This document shows positions 12,439-23,300 of a stretch of DNA of 64,000 nucleotides, piece after piece. The DNA is from Malacoraja senta (taxonomy: Eukaryota): contig CM075980.1 in assembly GCA_038087875.1 (NCBI GenBank), positions 9,672,001 through 9,736,000 of the forward strand. Direction: 5' to 3'. The translations under genes were made by a program, and so were the position numbers. Numbering within the stretch: the first letter of the stretch is position 1; every line of letters begins with the position of its first letter. Under the pieces are notes generated by a model. The model worked only from the letters and a program-made list of their open reading frames with translations, had not been told where the DNA came from and made no database searches.

Positions 12439-12638
12439 NNNNNNNNNNNNNNNNNNNNNNNNNNNNNNNNNNNNNNNNNNNNNNNNNNNNNNNNNNNNNN
12501 NNNNNNNNNNNNNNNNNNNNNNNNNNNNNNNNNNNNNNNNNNNNNNNNNNNNNNNNNNNNNNNNNNNNNNNNNNNNNNNNNNNNNNNNNNNNNNNNNNNN
12601 NNNNNNNNNNNNNNNNNNNNNNNNNNNNNNNNNNNNNN
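12439..12638. other. Assembly gap (run of N)
   Basis: 200 N characters; true length unknown. Confidence 0.99.
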
Positions 12639-13095
12639 GGCTCGGTGATCGTTTCGCTGAACACCTCCGCTCAGTCCGTCTTAACCTACTGATCTCCCAG
12701 TGGCTCAGCACTTCAAACTCCCCCTCCCATTCCAAATCTGACCTTTCTGTCCTGGGCCTCCTCAATTGTCAGAGTGAGGCCCAGTGCAAAATTGGAGGAA
12801 CAGCACCTCATATTTCGCTTGGGTAGTGTACACGTGTATGAACATAGACTTCTCTAACTCAGATCGCTCTTGCTTTCCCTCTCTAACCCCTCCCCCTTCC
12901 CAGTTCTCCCACTAGTCTTAATGTCTCCGACTACATTCTCTCTTTGTCCTGCCCCCTCCCCTGACATCAGTCTGACGAAGGGTCTCGACCCGAACATCAC
13001 TCATTCCTTCACTCCAGAAATACTGCCTGTCCCACTGAGTTACTCCAGCATTTTGTGTCTATCTTCGATTTAAACCAGCATCTGCATTTCTTTCC
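12639..13095 (+). mobile_element. PLE 3' remnant (GIY-YIG C-terminus plus tail)
   Basis: Encodes LGDRFAEHLRSV...LEEQHLIFRLGS; degenerate hammerhead at 12972-12998; same tail as the other PLE copies. Confidence 0.8.
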
Positions 13096-14254
13096 TGTAT
13101 GCTTTTTCTTTTCAAGCCCAACATTTAAATTATATCATACGGTGATTATTGTTATTTAACACTATAAAAAGGGAACAATTATCTAAATCTCACAAATCAT
13201 TCATGGCCTGTCCTCCAGAAAAGGCTAATTCAGAAAGCTGCCTTAAATGTGCACAAATGTATTGCCTTCCTGACTCAAAGTATTCTGTTTTCCTGCTATA
13301 TGTAAAAATCAAAGTCTCTTTTTAAAAGTTTTATTTTTGCTGATAGTCACAGAAATCTGGAATAACTCAGTGGGTTATGCAACATTGCTGAATAAAGGAA
13401 TAGGTGAGTGTTTCGGGTCATGACCCTTCTTCAGACTGAGAGTCAGGGGAGGGAGAAACAAGAGATATGAAAAGGTACATGGAAAAAGTATATGAAAGTT
13501 CTGCAAAATGACAAATCAAAGCCAGAAAAGATGATCAAGGATAAATGGAGCACTTTGCTTCTTGCTGGTAATAGCTTCTACATTACATTATTTAACCTGC
13601 ATAGGAGCTTCTAATTCACTCTATTTATTTATAACACTTCATGCATAATTACATAAATGTATTATTTGGGAAATAGTTTAACATTTACTGCTTCCCTGAC
13701 ATCACCTGACATCTTATAGCATGAACAAACTTTTATTTCTTGTTCTTACTGCAAAATTTTCTTCACTTCATCCATATGATTTATTGCTAGTTTCAACCTG
13801 AACTACGTTCGATCTTTAAAGTTGAAAAGTATGCAAATAATCACTCGCAATCTTGATATCTCTGCAATGAATTCAATTACTTTCTGCTTTTGAAGACACA
13901 ACTGGCTAAACAATAACATTACAGCGACGACTCGTGTCTATATTGTGCCTAACATGCAATAAAATATCCAGTTAAGCTTCAGTGGAGTGTTAGCAGACAA
14001 ACAATGACACCCAGCCTCCCAGAGGGACCATGGAACAAGCGGGCAGAACTGGTTACAATGATAGCTTTAAAATATAAAATCAGCCTTTGTAGATCCCTGA
14101 ATAAGACATGATTCCTTTGTAACCAGTGTAATCCATTTATAACTTTATAAACACCAAAAATTGTGCCAATGCATGAAGCATTTCCATTCCAACAAGTAGT
14201 GGTTCACTGTTTTTCTTCTAATTGTGTGTACTGTATTCATTGACCTACTCTAGA

Positions 14255-14960
14255 CTGTCCTTGTGAGACACAGGTTCATGTGCACTTTATCAACTGCATC
14301 CGGTGGCCTCCTTTACATCGGCAAGACCAAGCGTAGACGCGGCAACCATTTTGCCAACACTTATGCGAGGCCCAACAAGGCCCGCTGGATCTATCAGTTG
14401 CTAACGATTTTAACCCCCTCGTCCCATTCCTATACTGACCTTTCTGTCCTGGGTTTCTTCATTGCCAGAGTGAGATCACACACAAAATGGAGGAAAAGCA
14501 TCTCATAATACATTTGGCAAGTTTACAACCCAAGCGGTATTAACATTGAATTCACTAATTTTAGGTAACTACGTAACCCACCCCCTCTCCCTTCTTCCCA
14601 CCCCCCCCCCCCCCCCCCCCCAATTGGACATATCCATTTCTCCCACCTCTCCACCTACATTACTTCCCTGGCTTCAACAATTCAGAACTCTTTAATCATT
14701 TTGTCTCATATATTCTGTCTTTTCATATCTGGCCTTTGTCCAACTATACACCTATCAAAACCCCTCTTTACCTGTATCAACCCATTACCTGCCAGACTTT
14801 GTCCTGCCCCTCCTCTCTTCCCAGATTTCTTCCTGCCACCCCCCCACCCACCCCGCCCCCCAAAATCAGTCTAATGAAGGGTTCTGACCCAAAATCACAC
14901 CAATCCATGTTCTCCCAGATATGTTGCCTGACCCGCTGAGTTACTCCTGCATTTAGTGTA
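14255..14960 (+). mobile_element. PLE remnant with GIY-YIG motif
   Basis: GGLLYIGKTKRR.G..FA motif, SHSYTDLSVLG, poly-C tract and tail with decayed hammerhead near 14870-14895. Confidence 0.8.
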
Positions 14961-15804
14961 TTTTTGGAGAAACCAAATAGACTGGGTGACTGGTTTGTAG
15001 AGAACCTCCTTTCAATCCATGCGTGAACACTGAACTTCAAGTTGCCAGTCACTCCATCTCACCCACCTGTAGCCTCTCACACTGCTCCAATTAAATCTGG
15101 AGTAAGGTCAAGAATAGCACCTCACCAGCAGCAGATCTGACATGTTTAAGCCCTGAGAATGCAACGTTGAATTGAACAATTTCAATAAACATCCCTTTTG
15201 TAACAAAACCTGCCAGTTCTAATGAAAGATCACCACCCTGTAACATCAACTTTATATTTCTCTCCACACAGGTGATGTCTGACTTACCATTCCATTTAAT
15301 TCCTAAATGCAACGGAAGCATTTTGAATACCTTTGTTGCAATATTATTCTTATTTCTCACTTCTCTACTATTTTCTCCTCCTCCATAAAGATCAGCTGGG
15401 ATTAGGAAGCAGTCGCCATTCTCTCTCAGCCAGTGCCACTGCACTTCATTGTTTCTCTTTCTCTCAGACATTGCATGTGCTTTCCACTTCTACGCAACTT
15501 TAAATATATCCAACTTCTAAATTTTTATTTGTCCTATGAAAGGTCATCTACAATGTTCCTCTCTCCACAGATGCTGTCTGGCTTGCTTAATATTTCTACG
15601 TAGATTATGTGTTTCAGATTTGTAACATCCTGCAGTTAGCAGCTCTTCCAATACCAGCCATGTTAAAATTATTATTTTTAAATCCATTCCAGATCAAGTT
15701 AGAGAGATAACACAGGGGCTCAATGCAGCAAGTTGCTAACACTCACCTCATTCATGAAATAAAGTGGGAAGCCGGTCTGGATTGAGGAAAAACACTTTTG
15801 GTTA

Positions 15805-15940
15805 CATAGAAACATAGAAAATTGGCGTAGAAGGCCATTCAGCCCTTCGAGCCAGCACCACCATTCAATATGATCATGGCTAATCATCCAAAATCAGTAC
15901 CTCGTTCCTGCTTTTTCCCCGTATCCCTTGAATCCATTAG
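15805..15940 (-). mobile_element. CR1 3'-end fragment
   Basis: ACATAGAAACATAGAAA tail plus the shared CR1 3' UTR (GGCCATTCAGCCCTTCGAGCCAGCACC). Confidence 0.8.
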
Positions 15941-18819
15941 CTTTGACATTATCCTTGGTAAGGTTGACATTTTGGAACTTAGCAAGGAGGCAAGATGATT
16001 TGTTGGTAGAATAGGGATATCCGTGCGTCAGTATTAGGTGTCCTTGAAGGTAGTGCATACACACATTCTATTCCCTTCCTGAATGTTATGATGACACATA
16101 TAAACATGACACATTGGATAGTAAATGTCAAAACATTATGCATCTATCTAAAGATGGTAGATTGCATTTTAAAGTAATCTATGTTAAGTCTTGATATGGC
16201 AAAATGAGGAATTGAAAGTCACATCTGCTAGTACATCAGAAAGCCAACCGAAAACTGAGCAATTACTGCCATCTGGTGCCAGATCCTAGCACAGTCAGAC
16301 CACTTTCGGTGGCTTGCTAAGAAATATCACCCATCGACTTTTCTTGATGGTTTGTGTATACCTACTTTTACAAATCAGCCATGGTGCACATTTGAGATGC
16401 ACCATGATGCAAATAAAATAAGAAAATACTAAGTATTTCAGTTCTAAAGCAAATGAAATGGGCCATTTAATCTTTGGCCCATTCCAAATCTTTGTCATAA
16501 AGATAAACGATAAAGATCTCACATCTGAAACGTTAACTCTGTTTCTCTTCCTACTGCTGTGGCCTGACCTGCAGAGTATTTACAGATTTTTGTTTTATTT
16601 TAGAGTTCGGCCATCTGAAGCTTTTTTAACATTTTCAGCAAAGTTAACATTTCAGGTTGATGATTCACCAGAATGTTGTCACTCCTAAATAATGTAAAGT
16701 TTTATTTGACTGGATCCTGCTGCCTTGATTTACTGGCAGCCACCAACCCCCACCTTCCCTCTCTACCACCGAATAACCCGCAGGTCTTTGGGAGAATATG
16801 CAGATTGCTCACAGCAGCAGCTGGCACAGTACTGAACCCAGTCCGCCGAAGCTTTGAGCAGATTTACTCTCGGCGGCACTGTGCTGCCCTCATCTGACGG
16901 GAGCCCAGTATTACAGAGCAGACTTTGCAATACAAATCGTTCTCAGACAGTGCAGCAAAAGCTCTACAGCCCTCCGCTGTTTTAAATTTGTAAAAGACAC
17001 ATTTTAGAGATCACTGATGGAGATATTTAATGCAATTCAAATGGATTTCAATTCCAATTTTCTTTAAAAAGAATTTAAAGTACATTAAAACAAATTTAAA
17101 ATTGTTAAAGTAACATTGGTAAAGCAGTCACCTTTCCCCACAAAAGCAAGGTACGGATGCAATGCATGGATGTCAATGGGCTCATTGTTCCAATGTCTGA
17201 CCACCCCAGTGGAAAACCGTCCCCAGCAAAAGAGCATACTGTCAGATATGCCGTATTTGGCCCTCATGATCTTTAGAGCCACCAGCTGTCAAACAGAATT
17301 TATTTAGCCATATTCTTTTCTCAAACCACTTTCACAATCTCCTTATCGGACAGCTACCTATTGATCCAAAGTTGCATTATTTTTCACATGCAAGGATGGG
17401 GAGATGAAGGTATTTGAATTGTGTAAATATTAAAACCTCAGAGTCCCTTTATTTGAGTAGTCTGTAGACAATGGAACTGATGGATATTTCATCTGCATAC
17501 AATAAGATTATCCCAAAATAAAGCATACAAAAGAAATTCAAAGTAGATAGCTCCATTGCATGTGTCAGCATCTCACTGACAGCAGGCCACAGTCATATCA
17601 GCACCATTGCTAACCTTTGGATGGGATGTCAAATCAGGGCTCATCAGTGTTCTCGGGTGCTTGTAAAACACCTCATTATACTATCTGGGGAAAGAACAGA
17701 GGAATTATTCCTGATGTCAAGAGCAATTTTACTCTCAACGAACATTACTAAAACACGTTTCCAGTCATCATCTCATTACTCTTTGTGGGATCTTGCAGTA
17801 CCTGGCTGCAGGACATTCCCTGCCTTTAACATTGGTTAACTTTGGAAGCAGCTCTTTGGTCGTAAAGAACAGAGGTTGTAAAAGGGCTATATAAATGTAA
17901 TTTTACTTTTCCATTCAACTAGTCTGGCACATGTCATCACCTGGTTGTGTACAGGTTTCAGATTTTCCAGTAATATGCTAGGACTGCCCGGGTGCTCATG
18001 TCCCACGTCCAGTACCTATTCTCTACTCATACCGTAGCCATATCCAACTCTGTACTGAATCATCGGTAAACCTCATGAGCTCTCAACAGGGGAAGCCCAA
18101 ATGTTTGCTTCCTCAGACTAAGGACTTGAGGCCAATTATTATGCTTAGGTGTGTGTCTCAGTCCCACTCCCTCCTTCTCTCAGTTGCGGCAAGTTATCAA
18201 TAACTCTTTTTCAGATATTTCAGAAAAAAAACAGGGGTGCTTAGACCAAATCTCTGACTATAATTGGGCAGCACTAATAGGAGCATTGACTGTATTTGAA
18301 AAAAAAAAAGCTTAATTTTATAGGTACTCAATTTATACTATGTCTATTCCAGTTCCTTATCATGAGACTTAAAGTGAAGTAAAAAATGATGAGGAGTACT
18401 GATGTGATCACATGGACCTACAGGAAGTGGGCGGTTGTTCAGCCCAAGGGCTTCACTTTTTATTGTCCAAAGCAAAGACAGGCGGTCAGAATACCACACT
18501 AATCCTCAGGGTCAAAGTCCCCAATTTGATACCACATTTAGCACAGCCAAAGAAAGCCTTCAGGCCTTAGTAGTTTCAAACTTGGGGCTGCAAGCCCATT
18601 AATGCAAAATAAAGGCAATCTTCAAACATCCTGGGCTCCCTGCAACTGAGAGTGTTTCACAGTGACAGTAAAGTTGTAAGCATCAGTTGCTCTCATTATC
18701 CCACCCAGTTGGAACAATCTGCTCTGCTTGTCCAAATCAAGGATGGAGCTGCTTGATGCTGCCAGCGGATCCTCACCATCGAAAGCACATTTCTCAGTGC
18801 CTGACAGGTAGACGAATAA

Positions 18820-19350
18820 TACTGGGGGGCTCTTTTAAAACTGAGATGAGGAGGAACTTCTTCACCCAGAGGGTGGTTAATTTATGAATTCACTGCCCCA
18901 GGGAGCAGTGGAAGCAGAAACATTAAAAATATATTTAAGTCTAAAATAGATGTTTTTTAGCTGCCAAGGGGATAAGGGGCTTACGGGGAGAGGGCAGGGA
19001 TATGGACCTAGGTAGGGTTAGTATAGTAAGACCTGAGTGATCTCCTGGACAAGTGTCGATCGCCTGGATTGGGGTCGGAGAGGAATTTCCCGGATTTTTT
19101 TCCCGAATTGGACCTGGGTTTTTATCCGGGTTTTTTTGCCTCCCCCAGGAGATCACTCGGTTCTTGGGGTGGAGAGGGGTGATAGCGCTATAAAGGGGAG
19201 GGTAGTGTCTTGTGTTCTGTGTCTTGTGTCTACTGTTTGTGGGTGGGGGTGTTTGTTTGTTTGGTGTTCAGCCATGAGCGAATGCGGTGCGGGCTCGATG
19301 GACCTGGTGGTCTGCTCTCCACCTACTTTCTATGATTCTATGATTCTATG
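18820..19350 (+). mobile_element. CR1 3' end of a different family with a long structured 3' UTR
   Basis: FKTEMRRNFFTQRVVNL, then an about 350-nt 3' UTR unlike the other copies, ending in (CTATGATT)n. Confidence 0.75.
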
Positions 19351-19393
19351 AACTCAGCGGGACAGGCAGCATCTCTGGAGAGAAGGAATGGGT

Positions 19394-19421
19394 GACGTTT
19401 CGGGTCGAGATCCTTCTTCAG
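19394..19421 (-). ncRNA. Minimal hammerhead-ribozyme core in a PLE tail
   Basis: - strand reads CTGAAGA-A-GGATC-TC-GACCC-GAAA-CGTC; one mismatch in helix II, only 2 bp of helix I. Confidence 0.5.
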
Positions 19422-19497
19422 ACTGATCAGTGCCTGACATACCTGCAAATCAAGAGATACTTCATATCCAGAGAAAACAGGGATGCGATATTCTATC

Positions 19498-19503
19498 TTT
19501 ATT
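19498..19503 (-). terminator. Probable hira polyadenylation signal
   Basis: First AATAAA I found on the - strand after the stop codon (about 750 nt downstream), followed by a U-rich tract (CTGTTTTCTCTGG). Confidence 0.55.
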
Positions 19504-20253
19504 TTATAAAAAAAGACGAAAAATTTGCCTGTATAAAGTTAAAAGGTACCAAAGGGCAAATTAGGTTTCTGTACATCTCTGCCATGCCCATGGTGGCTCA
19601 TTAGAATTATTTTCTCCCCATTCACACATGTAACAAGGACATACTTTAAACAAATGTGTAATTTAGTACATCAGGCAAACAAAAAACTACACCATGAAAA
19701 GTCTGAACTCAGCTGTTCATCCTCTAACCAAGAAGGTTTGAAGACTGACAGCTTTCGATTGTGTTGTCCTTCCCTCTCCAAGGCAGGGAATAGGCAGTAA
19801 ACTTCTGAGTGTTGTACAGCATTGGACTTGAAAGTTTATAAAATGAGCAAGGTCTGCAAAGTCACTATCTGGCAAGTAATGCAGCCAGTGCTCATCACAC
19901 AATGGATAGAGATGTTAAACCTTGGTCGCTTGCAACCATTCTCTGGGTGTAGTACTGGCTCCCTGCTCACCGACGTCCTGCAGTACAGTTGCATATCATC
20001 TCTCCTGTGCACTGCACGGCCACTTGTTGTGAAGTGGCGCATTTAGACCAGCACCGTCGGTCGCGCTGTCTCTGCGAGCATGTCCATCCACTGCAGTTGC
20101 TAGCCTGGTGTCCTGAATGCGGCCTCATCTCCCAGATTAAGACCCAAACCTTCAAAGTCCATCTCTCCCAGGTGGGCGTCACCAACCGGCCACAGCAAAT
20201 CTCCCAGAGTGCGTTTGCAGTCAGATCTTTGTCAAACATCTGCTTGAAGAGTA

Positions 20254-20370
20254 CTACTTGTCCCTCAGAAGATCCAGCTGGTCCTGATACTCCGTGAAGA
20301 GTCTCTGGAATCGGAGGTTCTGGCCAATAACCGGAAGCATCTCCTTCAGCAGCTCCCTCTTCCGAAGGCC
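20254..20370 (-). CDS. hira: hira terminal coding exon (GLRKRELLKEMLPVIGQNLRFQRLFTEYQDQLDLLRDK*)
   Basis: 117 nt including TAG at 20256-20254; AG acceptor at 20372-20371. Confidence 0.96.
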   Translation of the reverse strand, partial: GLRKRELLKEMLPVIGQNLRFQRLFTEYQDQLDLLRDK

Positions 20371-23300
20371 CTAGGAAAGGAATAAGGAGGTTTTAGTAAC
20401 TACAGCAAGAAAGAGGAAAGTCCTGAAACAATTAAAGAATTGCGTTTGACGCACTAAGCTTGTACTCCCTAGAATTTAGAAGATTAAGGAGTGGGGGGGT
20501 TTACATTTTCTGATGCCAATGCTCCCACTTATACCAGCACAGCCATGTGTGGCATATAGTCCTTCGTCTACATTTACATTGCAAGTTGTAGAACACAATC
20601 TCTCAGCCTAACAGTGCAAGCAGCAAAACTAGTCAAAAATAGCAACATGTTTCTTTGCCTTCTCTGACTATCCTGGTAACTCAGAGCAATACATTTAGGG
20701 GAAACAGGCCCTTTTGGCCCACTATCAAGCACCATTTATTTCCAATCCTGTACCACTTCTGTTTTACTCTTGTCAAAAATCTCCCCAATTCCTCCCAGAT
20801 TCTATCACTTATCAATACACCAGTAGCAATTAATAGTGCAGGAAGGAACTGCAGATGCTGGTTTAAAACGAAGATAGACACAAAATGCAGAGTAATTCAG
20901 CGGGACAGACAGCATCTCTGGAGAGAAGGAATGGGTGAGGCTTTGGTCAAGCCCTTCTTCAGACTGAAGCTTCGGGTCGAGACCCTTCTTCAGACTCCAG
21001 TCTGAAGTACTACACCCAGAGTATGGCCTAGTTTGGTTGAGTCTGAAGAAGGGTCTTGACCCGAAGTGTTACCCATTCCTTCTTTCCAGAGATACTGCCT
21101 GTCCCACTGAGTACTCCAGCATTCTTTGTGTCTTAGCATGAATTAATGGCAGATTAATTTATGAATCTCATATTTTCATGATGTGGGAAATGGAGCAACT
21201 GGAGAATGTGCAAACTCCACACAACAGGATTGAACCCAGGTTGCTGGAGATGTGAGGCAGCAGGTCTACCAGCTGTGCCACCATGGTAAATTTTGTATCA
21301 TGGCAAATACTTATATACTTCATAATGACTACACAAGTGAATGTGGGCAAATGGAAGAAGCAAGGAACTGCAGATGCTGGTTTACCATGGAAAGATACAA
21401 AATGCTGGAGTAACTCAGCAAGTCAGGCTGCATCCCTGGAGAACGTAGATAGTTGACATTTCGGGTCTGCACCCTTCCTCAGACTGATTGTGGGGGGGGG
21501 GGGGGGGGGGAAAGAAACTCAGAAGAGTTAAGAGGCATGATAAGCATGGCACAGCATAGGTGAACACACGGTTGAGTTTTTTTTAATGGCAGATAGTTGG
21601 ACAAAGGCCAGAGATAAAGGCACACAAGGTGTGAGACAAAAGGATCAGAATGTTGTAAATTGTGAAGCTGGAGGATGACAAGGCGCAAATTGTTTAGTAA
21701 TGTAGGTTGAAGCGGATGGGAGGGGAGAGATAGGTGCAAGGTTAGCCAGGGCTGCGGGGAGGGTGGGGAGTAGATGGGAGAGAGGATGGGGTCGGTTTTA
21801 TAGAGGTTACCTAAAGTTGGAGAACTCAATGTTTATACCATTAGGTTGGAAGCTACCCAAGTGGAATATTAGGTGCTGTTCCTCTTGTTTGCATGTGGCA
21901 TCACTCTTGCAATGGAGGCAGCCCAGGACAGAAAGAACAGTATGGAAATGGGAACCGGAGTTTGAATGGTTAGCAACTAGGATTTCCCGCAGGCCTTGGC
22001 AGACCAAGCAGAAGTTTTCGGTAAAATGATCGCTGGGGTCTACCACATTCCTAAACAATTCACACCTTGTCAATCTTTCAGCTTCATAATTTGTAACTCT
22101 GATCCTTTTTGTCTCACATCTTCTGTGTTCATTTCTGCCTTTTGTCCAACCATCTGTCTATCACACACCCTACCCCCTTGCCCGTGTTCACCTATGACCT
22201 GCCATGCTTTGTTATGCACTTCCACTCTTCTCACTTTCTTTCACTCCACCGCTGCAATCAGTCTGAAAGGGTTTCAACACGAAAGGCACCTATTCATGTC
22301 TCCAGGGATGCCTGACCTGCCAGGTTACTCCAGCACATTGTGTATTTCCGTACATAAATGGAACAATGGTGACCTGTAGCACGGGACAGATTGCACCTGA
22401 ACTGGATGGGAAGGAAACCCTGACAGGCAGATTTGCTATTGTTACTCGGGTGAGTTTAAACTAGATTGGTGGGGGGGGGGGGGGGGCAAGAATCCAATGC
22501 AGGACTGGACAGATGAGAGGCTGTAAGTACATATGGAAGATGATGAAAGAAAGTTCAGTGGACAGGATAGGCAGGAACAAAGAAGGGACAGAGGAAGGAC
22601 TGTTGGATTGAATTCCATTTTAATGCTAGAGGCCTGAAGGCAAAACACACGAAGGGTGTGGATAGTATGTTTGACCGCGGACTTTGTGGCTGAGACAGAA
22701 AGCTGGTCAAGAGAGGGATTGGACTGGCAGCTTAATGTTCCAGAGTACAGGTACTACAGGAGAGATGGAGGTGTGGGTAAAAAAGGAGGGAGTGTTGTTT
22801 TATTGATTAAAGAGAGTGTCAGTGCAGTAGTCCAAGATAACATCATTGATGGTTCATCCAGTGAGGCGAAATGGGTGGAACTGAGAAATAAAAAGAGGTT
22901 GATCACCTTGTTAGGAGTGTTTTATATGCCCTCAAATAGTGAATGGGAATTAGAAGAACAAATATGCCAGGAGATTACAAGTTGCTGCAAGACTAATAGG
23001 GTTGTCATCATAGGGGATTTTTACTTTCCCAATGTAGATTGGGACCATCAGTGGCAAGGGCTTAGAGTGGAATTTGTCAAACGTGTTCAGGAAAGTTTCC
23101 TCAGACAAGTAAGAGTTTCAAAGCTCGATCTACTCTTAGGAAATTGGAAAAGGTAAATGATTGAAGTGTCTATGGACGTGTCTTTGGGACCAGCGACCAC
23201 TGTTCCATTAGTTATTAAATAGTTATTGGTAGAGACAGGGTGGGCCCACAAGCAAATTCTAAATTGGGGAAAGGCCAACATTTGATGGTATTAGACAGTA

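Noticed and set aside
12230-12765. ORFs of 70-144 aa around 12.2-12.8 kb
   Set aside because: They are artefacts of translating through the N-gap.
13831-13838. Perfect octamer ATGCAAAT as a J-C intron enhancer (also 16408-16415 and 4324-4331)
   Set aside because: A few hits are expected by chance in 64 kb of AT-rich DNA; one lies in a decayed LINE; no supporting motif cluster.
17140-17300. Possible very old CR1-like remnant (FQCLTT...)
   Set aside because: Too short and degenerate to support without an alignment.
19836-20297. Overlapping ORFs of 68-102 aa near the hira end
   Set aside because: They fall in or antisense to the hira 3' UTR and last exon and show no recognisable domain.
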